Made by a program: the position numbers and the translations under genes. Below are positions 55,446-64,000 of a stretch of 64,000 nucleotides of DNA, piece after piece. Under the pieces are notes generated by a model. It was not told where the DNA came from. It saw nothing but the letters and a program-made list of their open reading frames with translations, and searched no databases. Location of the stretch: contig JADCGL010000021.1 in NCBI GenBank assembly GCA_020248985.1, positions 2,701 through 66,700 on the forward strand. Direction: 5' to 3'. The first letter of the stretch is position 1; every line of letters starts with the position of its first letter. The DNA is from Telmatospirillum sp. Its GTDB lineage: Bacteria; Pseudomonadota; Alphaproteobacteria; CACIAM-22H2.

Positions 55446-56207
55446 TTAGCCTGCCAGCCAGCCGCCGTCGACGGCCAAGGCGGTGCCGGTCGTGAAACTC
55501 GAATCGTCGCTCGCGAGGAAGAGCGCCGCACGCGCAACCTCGTCGACCGTGCCGATGCGGCCGAGCGCATGGCGCTGGCGCACGCGTTCGCGCATCGCCG
55601 CCGGATCGGCACTGCGCGCCATCCCGCGCGCCAAGAGGGGCGTGTCGATCGCACCGGGTACGAGCGCATTCACACGGATTTTGTCGGCCGCAAAATCGAG
55701 CGCCATCGTGCGCGTGAGAGAAAGCAAAGCACCCTTGGCGGCGATATAGGCGCTGTTTCCACGCCCGCCCGCCAAGGCGAGTTGCGAGCTCACCGTGAGG
55801 ATTGCCCCGCCGCCGGCCGCGCGCATCGCCGGGATCGCGGCTTTAGCCCACAGCCATGTGCCGCCGACATTGGCAGCGAACACTGCGTTCCAGTCCTCGA
55901 GCGCCGTGGTTTCGACCGTGCCGCCGCACGAAAACCCGGCCGCACACATCAGAATATCGATGCGGCCCCATGTGCCGCGCACATAGTCGACGACCGGCGC
56001 CGCCGCTTCCGGCGCCGCCACATCGGCCACAAAAGCTTTTGCGACACCGCCTGCCGCCGCAATCGAAGCGACCGTTGCCGCCGCGCCGGCCGCATCGCGA
56101 TCGACGACAGCGAGCTTCGCGCCCTCGGCCGCGAACAGCAGCGCGCTTGCGCGCCCGATGCCCGAACCTGCGCCCGTCACGATCGCTGTCTTGCCGGCGA
56201 GTTTCAT
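55446..56207 (-). CDS. SDR-family oxidoreductase
   Basis: MKLAGKTAIVTGAGSGIGRA… with a YxxxK core (AYIAAKGA). Its ATG at 56207 overlaps the upstream stop as ATGA. Confidence 0.85.
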   Translation of the reverse strand: MKLAGKTAIVTGAGSGIGRASALLFAAEGAKLAVVDRDAAGAAATVASIAAAGGVAKAFVADVAAPEAAAPVVDYVRGTWGRIDILMCAAGFSCGGTVETTALEDWNAVFAANVGGTWLWAKAAIPAMRAAGGGAILTVSSQLALAGGRGNSAYIAAKGALLSLTRTMALDFAADKIRVNALVPGAIDTPLLARGMARSADPAAMRERVRQRHALGRIGTVDEVARAALFLASDDSSFTTGTALAVDGGWLAG

Positions 56208-57196
56208 GCGCCTGCCCAAGCATCCGGGTGGTGCTTGATCCAGCTTTCCAAATGGGCAAAAGACTCATGCAGGCCGAACTGGAATTTCATGCCCGTGTCG
56301 GCGACGATGCGCGCATTCACAAGGCTCGCCCGGTCGCTGGCCGAATGCGGATCGACAGTCGGCGTCTCGCCCGACTTCGCCAGCCGCACGACCAGGCCGG
56401 GGCGCTTGGCGGCAAAAAGCTGCCCCCAGTCCTGCAAGGTCCAGGTGATGCCGGGGCCGATATTGTAGACGTCGTGATTGAGCTTGGGCGCATCGAGCAA
56501 CGCCGCCACGGCGGCGGCCACGTCGGGCCCGTAGACCCAATCGCGCTCAGTCGGGCGCGCCAGCACGATCGCTTCGCCCGCAAGCGCCATGCGCGCCACT
56601 TGATAAGGCGGGCTCAGCGTGTCGCGCACGCCGCTTTCATGCTCCCACGGCCCGAACACGGCCGACAGGCGCACCGAACGGAAATCCATCTTCCACAATT
56701 CGGCAAGTCGTGCAGCCGTGCGCTCGGACGCAAATTTCGTGACCGAATAGAGCGACCGCGGATCGACGGCGTCGGACTCGTCGAGCGTACCGGGGCGAAA
56801 CGCCGCAGCACCGTAGGCCCCCGCCGAGCTCAGATTAATCGCACGCGCCACGCCGTGTTTGCGCGAGAGTTCGAGGACGCGCACGAAGCCGGTGAGATTG
56901 ACCTCCATCACCGCGAGCGGATCGGCCGCCTCGCGCGCCGGTCCCGGCGTGAGGGCCGCACCGTAGACGACCGTATCGGGCTTGCACGCAAACGCCGCTT
57001 CGACCGCTGCCGCATCGCGAATGTCGCCGACCAGATGCGAAAACGCGCCCGGCAGCGACGCAAAATGCTTCTGCGCCGAGGCCAAGGGGGGACGCCTGTC
57101 GAACGACACGACCTTGCGGCCCGCCGCCAGCAGAGCTTCGGCAATGTTGAGGCCCACGAACCCGGCACCCCCGAACACCAATGTCGTCTTCATCAT
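56204..57196 (-). CDS. NAD-dependent epimerase/dehydratase family protein
   Basis: MMKTTLVFGGAGFVGLNIAEALL… is an extended-SDR Rossmann fold with a YxxxK core (YSVTKFA). A GGAG RBS is present. Confidence 0.85.
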   Translation of the reverse strand: MMKTTLVFGGAGFVGLNIAEALLAAGRKVVSFDRRPPLASAQKHFASLPGAFSHLVGDIRDAAAVEAAFACKPDTVVYGAALTPGPAREAADPLAVMEVNLTGFVRVLELSRKHGVARAINLSSAGAYGAAAFRPGTLDESDAVDPRSLYSVTKFASERTAARLAELWKMDFRSVRLSAVFGPWEHESGVRDTLSPPYQVARMALAGEAIVLARPTERDWVYGPDVAAAVAALLDAPKLNHDVYNIGPGITWTLQDWGQLFAAKRPGLVVRLAKSGETPTVDPHSASDRASLVNARIVADTGMKFQFGLHESFAHLESWIKHHPDAWAGA

Positions 57197-57279
57197 ACAA
57201 ACTCCGTATAGACAATTTCCTTGCAGGAAGCGCGCCCAAATTCGACACTCGATCCCACCATCGTATGCCGGAGTTGTCC

Positions 57280-58296
57280 ATGCGTTTTGTGATCGTCGAT
57301 CCCCAGTTCGACGGCGAACCTATCGCCGAACGCCAAGCCGTGGGCAGCGAGGTCGAACTTTTTGTGCAGCATTACGATCCGTCCCGGCCCGTCGATCCTG
57401 GGGTTCTGGCAAGCGCCGACGCGCTCATCAACTATCGCGGCCGCCATGCGGTGTCGCGCGAGGTACTGCAGCGATCGAGCCGCTGCCGGATCGTCGTGCA
57501 GGGCGGCGTCGGATTCAACACGGTCGACATCGAAGCCGCCGCCGAATTGGGCATTCCCGTATGCAACGTGCCCAATTACGGCACGTCCGAGGTCGCCGAC
57601 CATGCAATCGCCCTGACGCTCGCCCTCGCGCGCGGCGTGGTTGCCTACAACGACCGTCTGCGCGCCCTCGACGATGCGTGGCACGCGATCGGCCTCGGCA
57701 GCGTGCGGCGCCTGCGCGGCAAGACATTCGCCGTCGTGGGCCTCGGACGCATCGGCCTTGCCGCCGCACGGCGGGCGGCGGCCTTCGACATGAAAATTGC
57801 CTTCTACGACCCTTATCTGCCGAGCGGAACGGATCTCGCCACAGGCTATCGCCGCGCGGCTTCGCTCACTGAGTTGCTTGGCGACGCCGACGTCGTGAGC
57901 ATGCACACGCCCTTGACGCGCGAGACCGAAGGGCTCGTCGATCGGCGTTTTGTGGCGGCGCTTAAGCCGGGTGCGATCTACGTCAACACTTCGCGCGGCC
58001 GCACGCACGATCTCGACGCGCTCTACGACGGCCTCAAGAGCGGCCAGTTGCACGGCGTGGGGCTCGACGTGCTGCCCGACGAGCCGATGCAGCGAACGCA
58101 CAAGCTGCTGCGCGAATGGACGGATCGGGCGCCCTGGCTCGAAGGGCGCATGGTCGTAACGCCGCATGCCGCGTTCTTCTCGCCACCCGGGCTCGACGAT
58201 CTGCGCCGCATTGCGTGCGAGACGGCCTATCTCTATCTGGCCAAAAACGAGCTGCGCGACTGCGTCAATCTTGCAATGCTGAAGCACCGGCGCTGA
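57280..58296 (+). CDS. D-isomer-specific 2-hydroxyacid dehydrogenase family protein
   Basis: NAD-binding motif GKTFAVVGLGRIGLAAARRA, with a catalytic-domain pattern (…RGRTHD…TPHAAF…). The start is taken at MRFVIV (57280). The ORF-track start at 57181 overlaps the divergent gene. Confidence 0.85.
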   Translation: MRFVIVDPQFDGEPIAERQAVGSEVELFVQHYDPSRPVDPGVLASADALINYRGRHAVSREVLQRSSRCRIVVQGGVGFNTVDIEAAAELGIPVCNVPNYGTSEVADHAIALTLALARGVVAYNDRLRALDDAWHAIGLGSVRRLRGKTFAVVGLGRIGLAAARRAAAFDMKIAFYDPYLPSGTDLATGYRRAASLTELLGDADVVSMHTPLTRETEGLVDRRFVAALKPGAIYVNTSRGRTHDLDALYDGLKSGQLHGVGLDVLPDEPMQRTHKLLREWTDRAPWLEGRMVVTPHAAFFSPPGLDDLRRIACETAYLYLAKNELRDCVNLAMLKHRR

Positions 58297-58302
58297 CGCT
58301 GC

Positions 58303-59097
58303 CTACGGCGACAATGCGCGCTTTAGAAGTGCCGCGAATTCGGCGGGCGCGCGCTCGGCGACAAAATCGTCCGCACCTTCGATCAGCTCGGCGCGCGCAT
58401 CGGCAAACAGCGCGCAAGCGCGCGGATGCATGAAGCCGATGCGATCAGCCGTACCGCCGATCAACGTGGTCGGCGGCAGCGTGTGCCCGCGCACGCGCGC
58501 CGGCAAATCGTGCCGGAAGATCGCGCGATAGGGCTTCGCGAAATCGGGCCCGGCGGCCAGATAATCGGCCGCAAACCGCGTGGCGAGTTCGGGTTCGAGA
58601 TGCGGATATTCGCCGCGAATGCGCGCCCAAATCCAAGCGAGATGCGCGCCCGACGCGTCGAGCACGTAGGACGGTGCGAAATTCGCAAGACGCTGCGCGC
58701 GTTCTTCAGCTGTATAGACCGGCACGCCATGCAGCACGAGCGACAGAACGCGCAGCGGCGCCTGCAAGGCCGCGTCGAGCGCAAAGACGGCACCCGTCGC
58801 GCGCCCGAAAATCGCAATGCGCGACGCGGTCAACGCGTCGGCGACATGCCACGCAATGGCGGCATAGTCGCACACCTCCCATGTATTCGGCGGCGCGTCC
58901 GAGCCGCCATAACCCGGCGTGTCGAGCGCATAGGGTCGGCAGAAGGAAGAAAGATGCGGCAGCAGCGCATCGTAGTTGCGCGCCGACAAAGGCGATTGAT
59001 GCAGCAGGATCAGAACAGGCAGATCGGCCGATGCCGCCACAGTGCGCGCCTGGATCTGGCCCCACGGGGCGTCGAAGAACATCCGCCGCACGCCCAT
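58303..59097 (-). CDS. Alpha/beta hydrolase fold protein
   Basis: …LPVLILLHQSPLSARNYDALLPHL… with a nucleophile-elbow-like IFGRATGAVFAL. The start is taken at MGVRRM (59097); 59082 is an alternative. Confidence 0.65.
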   Translation of the reverse strand: MGVRRMFFDAPWGQIQARTVAASADLPVLILLHQSPLSARNYDALLPHLSSFCRPYALDTPGYGGSDAPPNTWEVCDYAAIAWHVADALTASRIAIFGRATGAVFALDAALQAPLRVLSLVLHGVPVYTAEERAQRLANFAPSYVLDASGAHLAWIWARIRGEYPHLEPELATRFAADYLAAGPDFAKPYRAIFRHDLPARVRGHTLPPTTLIGGTADRIGFMHPRACALFADARAELIEGADDFVAERAPAEFAALLKRALSP

Positions 59098-59102
59098 CGC
59101 CC

Positions 59103-59846
59103 CTACTCCATCCGAAAGCCGCCATTCACCGGCACAACAGCGCCGGTGATGTAGCCCGCCCCCGCCGACAGCAGAAAACAGATTGTCGCCGCGACTTCGT
59201 CGGCATGGCCGTGGCGCTTCAGCGGCACGGCCGCATCGAAGGCGCGCTTGCGCTCCGGCGGATGGCCCGCCGTCATCGGCGTGTCGATTGCACCCGGCGA
59301 CACGCAATTTGCCCGGATGCGACGCGGGGCGAGTTCCTGGGCCACCGACTTCGTCATCGCTTCGATGCCGGCTTTCGACGCGGCATAGGCCGACCCCGTG
59401 ATAACGCCGCCGGTCGAGGCGGCAAGCGAACTCGTCGTGACAATGGCGGCTCCATCGCACAGCCATTCGCGCGCGGCGTGGATCGCCAGGAACGTGCCGG
59501 TGAGATTGACGCGCAGCACGTCGTCCCAGCGTTCGAGCGTGAGATCGGCGAGTTTGGCGGTATCGACGATGCCGCCCAGCAACGCGAGCCCGCCGATCGC
59601 CGGGAACTTCGCGCGCGCGCGCGCCATCGCGGCGGCAATGCTCGCCGGTGCGCGATAGTCGAGCGTTTCGAACGCGGCCCCAAGTTCGCCCGCCAAGGCG
59701 GCAAGTTCGGGCGAGACCCTGTCCATCAGCATCAGCGGCACGCCCTGCCCCGCCAGCAAGCGCGCCGTCGCCATGCCGATGCCGCCGGCAGCCCCAACGA
59801 CGCAGATACCTTGCGCCGCCGTCGCCGGATTCCACCACCCGGTCAT
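59103..59846 (-). CDS. SDR-family oxidoreductase
   Basis: ICVVGAAGGIGMATARLL… with a YxxxK core (AYAASKAG). The ATG at 59846 overlaps the upstream stop. Confidence 0.85.
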   Translation of the reverse strand: MTGWWNPATAAQGICVVGAAGGIGMATARLLAGQGVPLMLMDRVSPELAALAGELGAAFETLDYRAPASIAAAMARARAKFPAIGGLALLGGIVDTAKLADLTLERWDDVLRVNLTGTFLAIHAAREWLCDGAAIVTTSSLAASTGGVITGSAYAASKAGIEAMTKSVAQELAPRRIRANCVSPGAIDTPMTAGHPPERKRAFDAAVPLKRHGHADEVAATICFLLSAGAGYITGAVVPVNGGFRME

Positions 59847-60274
59847 TTCGCGGCTTTGCGTTTGGGTTTGCGCACGATCTTGCGCTTCTGCGGGACCCAG
59901 CCTTTGTTTTTCTCGAGCTCTTGGAAGATGCGGCAGGCACCCTCGAAGGCCGGCATGCCGCACGGCAGCGCCGCCAGAAATGCCGCTTCGCGCACCTCGT
60001 CCCACGTGGCACCGTACTGCATGGCGCGCATCGCACTCCATTCGATGCCCTCGCGGTCGCCCTTGGCGGCCGTGGTGATGCCGACAAGCACGAGGAAACG
60101 CGTCTTGAGATCGAGCGCGCGGCCTTCCTTCGGCCCGAAGATCACGAACGAGGCGAGATCGCCGTAGCGGCGCAGAAACTCCGGATTGAGATCGGCGAGG
60201 GTTTCGTGCAGCGGCAGCGTATAGCCGCGCACGGCGCGGATCTTGTCGAGTTCTTTGCGGCCTGCGGGTGTCAT
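59843..60274 (-). CDS. Carboxymuconolactone decarboxylase (AhpD-like) family protein
   Basis: 143 aa with an AAGGAG RBS and AhpD/CMD-fold length and pattern. Confidence 0.75.
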   Translation of the reverse strand: MTPAGRKELDKIRAVRGYTLPLHETLADLNPEFLRRYGDLASFVIFGPKEGRALDLKTRFLVLVGITTAAKGDREGIEWSAMRAMQYGATWDEVREAAFLAALPCGMPAFEGACRIFQELEKNKGWVPQKRKIVRKPKRKAAK

Positions 60275-60298
60275 GGGCGTCTCCTTGGGTGAAGCAAA

Positions 60299-62299
60299 TC
60301 AGGCAAACAGCGCGCGAGCGGCAAGTTCGCCCTCGCGAATGGCATCTGACGCGCGCCTTGGGGCCACGCAATCGCCGATCATCGTCACGGGGCGGCCGGG
60401 TTTGGCGCGCGCCTTCAGCGTTTGGAAAAGACCGTCTTCGGCTTTCGAGCCGAGGACCAGCACGACGCTGTCGCCGGCCAAGATCTGCTCGGCCTTGGTG
60501 TAGAGATCGCGCAGCGTGGCGCCATCCGGCCCGACCGACACAAGCTCGTGGTCGGTCACAAAACCGACCCCCATGCGGCGCAGGCGGCCATAGACCTTGC
60601 CCCAATCGCGGCTTGCCGCAAGGTTCGGCATGGCCTGGCCAAGCGGCGTCACGAACGTGACCTTGTGGCCCTTGTCGGCGAGATGGTCGGCGACTACGGC
60701 CCCTTGGCGACCGCCGAGACTGTCGTAGAGCGTCACGGTTCTGCCGAGTGCGGGCAGCGTTTCAGTGGCGAGCACGTCGTCGAGCGCAAACACGTTCGCG
60801 CGATCGGCCCCCGGAACCGATGGACCGTTCCAGCGCTGCGGGCGCAGCGGCGTCCAGCCATGGCGCAGCGGCGTCGATCCGGTCGCGACGATCACGGCGT
60901 CGAATGCGTCGAGCTCGTCGGCGGTGGGGGCTCGGCCAAGTTCGACGCGCGCATCGGTTTCGCCCAAACGCGCGACCAGGAATTCGACGACGAAATTGAG
61001 TTCCTTGCGGATCGCCGTGCGCCCCCACCAGGCGATCTGGCCGCCGAGTGCGTCGCGCTTTTCGAAAAGGGTCACGTCGAAGCCGCGGCGCGCGGCCGTA
61101 ACGGCCGCCTGCAAACCCGCGGGCCCGCCGCCGACCACGGCAACGCGACGGCGAGCGGAGGCAGGTGCGAGCGTGCCTTCGCCGAGTTCGCGCTCGTTGC
61201 CGGCGGCCGGGTTGTGGATGCAGGCGATGGGGGCTTGCGCGAAGATCGATTCCATACACCAGTTCGCGCCCACGCAGCGCCGCACCTGGTGGCTGCGGCC
61301 CGTGCGCGCTTTTTCGCCCCACATCGGATCGGCGATCAAAGCGCGCGACACGCCGATGAAATCGCAATCGCCTTCCGCCAAGAAGCGCTCGCCCTCTTCC
61401 GGCGTCACGATGCGCCCCACACCGACCACCGGCAGGCCGATTGCCCGCTTGACGATGCGCGTCGCGGGCAGCTGGTAGCCGTGCGTTTCGGGCGACGTCG
61501 GATAGATCAGCATGCGATTGAGATAGGTCCCCTGGCTACACGACACATAGTCGATGAGGCCCGTCGCTTCGATGCGCCTTGCGATGTCGGCCCATTCGTC
61601 GGGCCCGAGCCCGCCTTCCATGCCGTCGTCGGAATTGAGCCGCACGCCGACGATGAGATCGGGGCCCGCCTCTTCGCGCGTCGCTTCGAGAATTTCCATC
61701 ACGATGCGCAAGCGGTTCTCGATCGAACCGCCATAGCGGTCGGTGCGGTGATTGGTGGCCGGCGACAGAAATTGGCCTAGCATGTAGCCATGCGCCATGC
61801 CGTGCATCTCGATGCCGTCGAGCCCGCCTTCGCGCGCATAGCGCGCCGAAAGACGATAGCCATGCACGAGCTCGGCGATCTCGCCCTCGTCCATCACGTG
61901 CGGCATCTCGCGATAGACGGCACAGGGTACGGCCGACGGCGCCCAGACGGGCAAGCCGTTCGACACCGAATTGGTCTGGCGGCCGCGATGCCAGGGCTGG
62001 GCGAGGATTTTGGCGCCGTGCGCATGCACCGCATCGGCGATCTTGCGATATTGTTCGACCATGCGCCGGTCGAACGCAAACGCCTTGCCTTTGTAGGGCT
62101 GCGTCGTGGGATGGGCCGCCATCGCTTCCATTGTGATGACGCCGACGCCGCCTTTGGCGCGCTCCACGTAGTAGGCGATGTGCGCGTCGGTGAAGAGATG
62201 GTCTTTGACCAACAGCGTCGCGTGCGCGGTCATCCAGATGCGGTTTCTGGCTTCCTGCTTGCCGAGGCGCATCGGTTCGAAAAGGCGCTTGAAGGTCAT
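60299..62299 (-). CDS. Two-domain flavoprotein: an OYE-like FMN oxidoreductase domain plus a FAD/NAD(P)-binding domain (TMADH / 2,4-dienoyl-CoA reductase / DgcA-StcD demethylase family)
   Basis: MTFKRLFEPMRLGKQEARNRIWMTAHATLL… is an OYE TIM barrel. The C-terminal domain has VAVVGGGPAGLQAAVTAARRG. 666 aa with a GGAG RBS. The Fe-S motif region reads CVGANWC-x11-C. Confidence 0.85.
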   Translation of the reverse strand: MTFKRLFEPMRLGKQEARNRIWMTAHATLLVKDHLFTDAHIAYYVERAKGGVGVITMEAMAAHPTTQPYKGKAFAFDRRMVEQYRKIADAVHAHGAKILAQPWHRGRQTNSVSNGLPVWAPSAVPCAVYREMPHVMDEGEIAELVHGYRLSARYAREGGLDGIEMHGMAHGYMLGQFLSPATNHRTDRYGGSIENRLRIVMEILEATREEAGPDLIVGVRLNSDDGMEGGLGPDEWADIARRIEATGLIDYVSCSQGTYLNRMLIYPTSPETHGYQLPATRIVKRAIGLPVVGVGRIVTPEEGERFLAEGDCDFIGVSRALIADPMWGEKARTGRSHQVRRCVGANWCMESIFAQAPIACIHNPAAGNERELGEGTLAPASARRRVAVVGGGPAGLQAAVTAARRGFDVTLFEKRDALGGQIAWWGRTAIRKELNFVVEFLVARLGETDARVELGRAPTADELDAFDAVIVATGSTPLRHGWTPLRPQRWNGPSVPGADRANVFALDDVLATETLPALGRTVTLYDSLGGRQGAVVADHLADKGHKVTFVTPLGQAMPNLAASRDWGKVYGRLRRMGVGFVTDHELVSVGPDGATLRDLYTKAEQILAGDSVVLVLGSKAEDGLFQTLKARAKPGRPVTMIGDCVAPRRASDAIREGELAARALFA

Positions 62300-63288
62300 A
62301 GTGCGGACTCCGCCGGAGAGGTCGTAACAAGTCGATTGGTGCCGTCGGCCACGCGCAGGCACGCAACACGCACATCGCCGAGCGCTTCGAGGCGCGGACG
62401 CTGCATGCGGCATTCGTCGCGCACGATCGGGCAGCGCGAGGCGAAGTAGCAGCCGGGCGGCAGGTCGATCGGGCTCGGCACTTCGCCCGCCAGCACCACG
62501 CGCCGCCGCCGCTCGCGCGGATCGCTCGACAGATCGGCCGAGATCAACGCGGCCGTATAGGGATGCTGGGGCATTTCGAACACGGTCTGCGTCGGCCCGG
62601 TTTCGACGACGCTGCCAAGATAGAGCACCGCCACGCGGTCGCTGACGAGGCGCACCGTCGCAAGATCGTGGCTGATGAAGATCATCGCAATGCCGAGATC
62701 GCGCTTGAGCTCGGCCAAAAGCTGCAGAATGCCCGCACGCACCGACACGTCGAGCGAGCTCGTCGGCTCGTCGAGCACCACGAGCTTCGGGTTGGTCGCG
62801 ATCGCGCGCGCAATGCAGATACGCTGCAGCTGCCCACCCGAGAGGTCGGCGGGGAAGCGCGACAGCAACGCTTCGGTAAGGCTCACGCGCCGCGCAAGCT
62901 CCGCCACGCGCGCCCTTCGCGCGGGCCCATCCAGCGTCGTGTGGAGCCGCAACGGCTCCTCGACGAGATCGCCCACCGTGAGGCGGGGATTGAGCGAGCC
63001 CCACGGATCCTGGAACACCATCTGCATGTCGGCGCGTGCGCGGCGGAGCGCTTCGGGCCCGAGTGCCCGCAGGTCGCGCCCGGCAAAGACGATGCGGCCT
63101 GCACTCGGCTCGATGAGCCGCAAAAGGCAGCGCCCGATCGTCGATTTGCCGGAGCCGGACTCGCCGACGAGCCCCAACGTCTCGCCGGCGGCGACGGCAA
63201 GATCGACGCCGTTCACGGCATGCACGATGCGGCGCCCGTCGCCGAACGTGCGTGTCAGCCCCTCGACTTCAAGCACGTTCTCAGCCAT
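62296..63288 (-). CDS. Peptide/nickel-type ABC transporter ATP-binding protein (DppF/OppF-like)
   Basis: GESGSGKST Walker A, LSGGQLQRI signature, and an oligopeptide C-terminal extension. ATGA overlap with the downstream flavoprotein gene. Confidence 0.85.
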   Translation of the reverse strand: MAENVLEVEGLTRTFGDGRRIVHAVNGVDLAVAAGETLGLVGESGSGKSTIGRCLLRLIEPSAGRIVFAGRDLRALGPEALRRARADMQMVFQDPWGSLNPRLTVGDLVEEPLRLHTTLDGPARRARVAELARRVSLTEALLSRFPADLSGGQLQRICIARAIATNPKLVVLDEPTSSLDVSVRAGILQLLAELKRDLGIAMIFISHDLATVRLVSDRVAVLYLGSVVETGPTQTVFEMPQHPYTAALISADLSSDPRERRRRVVLAGEVPSPIDLPPGCYFASRCPIVRDECRMQRPRLEALGDVRVACLRVADGTNRLVTTSPAESAL

Positions 63289-64000
63289 GCGCCGCCGCCT
63301 CCGCATGGTGGCAGCGCACGTCGTGCCCGTCGGCCAGTCGCCGTTCGGGCGGGGCTTGCGTGCAGGCCGCATCGGCGCGCGGACAGCGGCGCGAATAGAC
63401 GCAGCCCGTCGGCAAATCGTAGAGATCGGGCGGCGGCCCGGCCGGGATCGCTGCCCCGGGCCGCAAGTGCTCGGGCGAGGCCGCCAGCAAGGCGCGCGTA
63501 TAGGGATGGGCCGGATCGACGAGCACCCTATCCACGCGGCCCTGCTCGACGATGGTGCCCGCAAACATCACGCAGACTCGCGTGCAGTATTGGGCCACGA
63601 CGCCGAGATCGTGCGTGATGACGATCACGCCGAGGCCGCGCGCGGCGGCGGCTTCCTGCAAGAGATCGAGGATCTGCGCCTGCACGGTCACGTCGAGCCC
63701 GGTCGTCGGCTCGTCGGCGATCAACAAGGCGGGATCGTTCGCAAGCGCCATCGCGATCAGCACGCGCTGCGCCATGCCGCCGGACAATTCGTGCGGCCAA
63801 GCGCGCGCGCGCGACGCAGGATCGGGGATGCCGACCGCGGCCATCAGTTCGATCGCGCGGGCACGCGCCTTTGCAGCGTTTTTCAAGCCATGCGCGCGCA
63901 TCACGCGCGCGATCTGGTCGCCGACGCGCGCCAACGGATCGAGCGACGTCTTTGGGCTCTGCACCACAAGCGCCATGCGCCCGCCGCGCAGCGCGTTGAG
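63281..64000 (-). CDS. Peptide/nickel-type ABC transporter ATP-binding protein (DppD/OppD-like); C-terminal part only, the start lies beyond the right edge
   Basis: …LSGGMAQRVLIAMALANDPALLIADEPTTGLD…ITHDLGVV… followed by an oligopeptide C-terminal domain. The frame is open to the window end. Confidence 0.8.
   Translation of the reverse strand, partial: LNALRGGRMALVVQSPKTSLDPLARVGDQIARVMRAHGLKNAAKARARAIELMAAVGIPDPASRARAWPHELSGGMAQRVLIAMALANDPALLIADEPTTGLDVTVQAQILDLLQEAAAARGLGVIVITHDLGVVAQYCTRVCVMFAGTIVEQGRVDRVLVDPAHPYTRALLAASPEHLRPGAAIPAGPPPDLYDLPTGCVYSRRCPRADAACTQAPPERRLADGHDVRCHHAEAAAHG

Noticed and set aside
57195-57210. Third occurrence of ATACAAA / GTTTGTATG upstream of the epimerase-SDR-hyuAB operon
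   Set aside because: Here the heptamer overlaps the gene's own RBS and start codon (GGAGTTTGTATGATG). It is explained by translation signals and is not counted as an operator copy.

Overview
This is a high-GC (~68%) proteobacterial chromosomal window, probably from an alpha- or betaproteobacterium; the organism cannot be named from sequence alone. The window is densely packed with catabolic and transport operons. It has no rRNA, tRNA, CRISPR array, transposase, integrase or phage genes. I count about 58 protein-coding genes, listed in the features with evidence. Most start calls differ from the ORF-track lines, which run upstream in GC-rich, stop-free frames and also use GTG/TTG starts; I trimmed them to the homology-supported start with a ribosome-binding site, often GTG or TTG. 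Many genes are joined by ATGA stop/start overlaps.

Main modules, left to right:
- A hyuA-hyuB (hydantoinase/oxoprolinase-family) pair sits next to a family-5 substrate-binding protein.
- A non-phosphorylative sugar oxidation cluster contains an aldose 1-epimerase, an SDR dehydrogenase, an enolase-superfamily dehydratase, two DapA-family enzymes and two CUT1 ABC transporters that share one ATPase. Its regulator is an unusual fusion of an IclR regulator to an SMP-30/gluconolactonase domain.
- An amino-acid ABC transporter operon carries an embedded DapB-like amine dehydrogenase and a fused permease-ATPase. It lies divergent from an FAD-dependent oxidoreductase plus cupin.
- An epoxide hydrolase and a LysR regulator are followed by an orphan soxY-soxZ pair co-transcribed with a creatininase-family hydrolase.
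- A TRAP transporter is followed by an acyl-ACP-desaturase/AurF-like diiron protein, a TctC-type binding protein, and a cytoplasmic GGT-like protein coupled to an iron alcohol dehydrogenase.
- A LacI-controlled glucuronide-type cluster contains an ABC transporter, an alpha/alpha-toroid protein, a GH2 beta-glucuronidase-like enzyme and a TauD-family dioxygenase, followed by DppBC-type permeases.
- A family-5 binding protein sits with a PhnW-like aminotransferase, opposite a divergent paralog that lacks a signal peptide.
- A second hyuA-hyuB pair is co-transcribed with an NAD-epimerase and an SDR.
- The last operon runs DppD/DppF ATPases into an OYE/TMADH-like flavoprotein, an AhpD-like protein, an SDR and an alpha/beta hydrolase.

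Regulatory observations:
- An identical AT-rich 14-mer (GAATGTATACAAAG) sits upstream of two separate operons.
- An array of GGTTAC/GTAACC inverted repeats lies in an AT-rich convergent spacer.
- A LacI-type operator palindrome sits in the LacI divergent region.
- There are sigma70 and candidate sigma54 promoters and several hairpins between or after genes.

Nothing here resembles a defence or mobile system. What is new is in the odd enzyme/regulator architectures and the shared motifs above.
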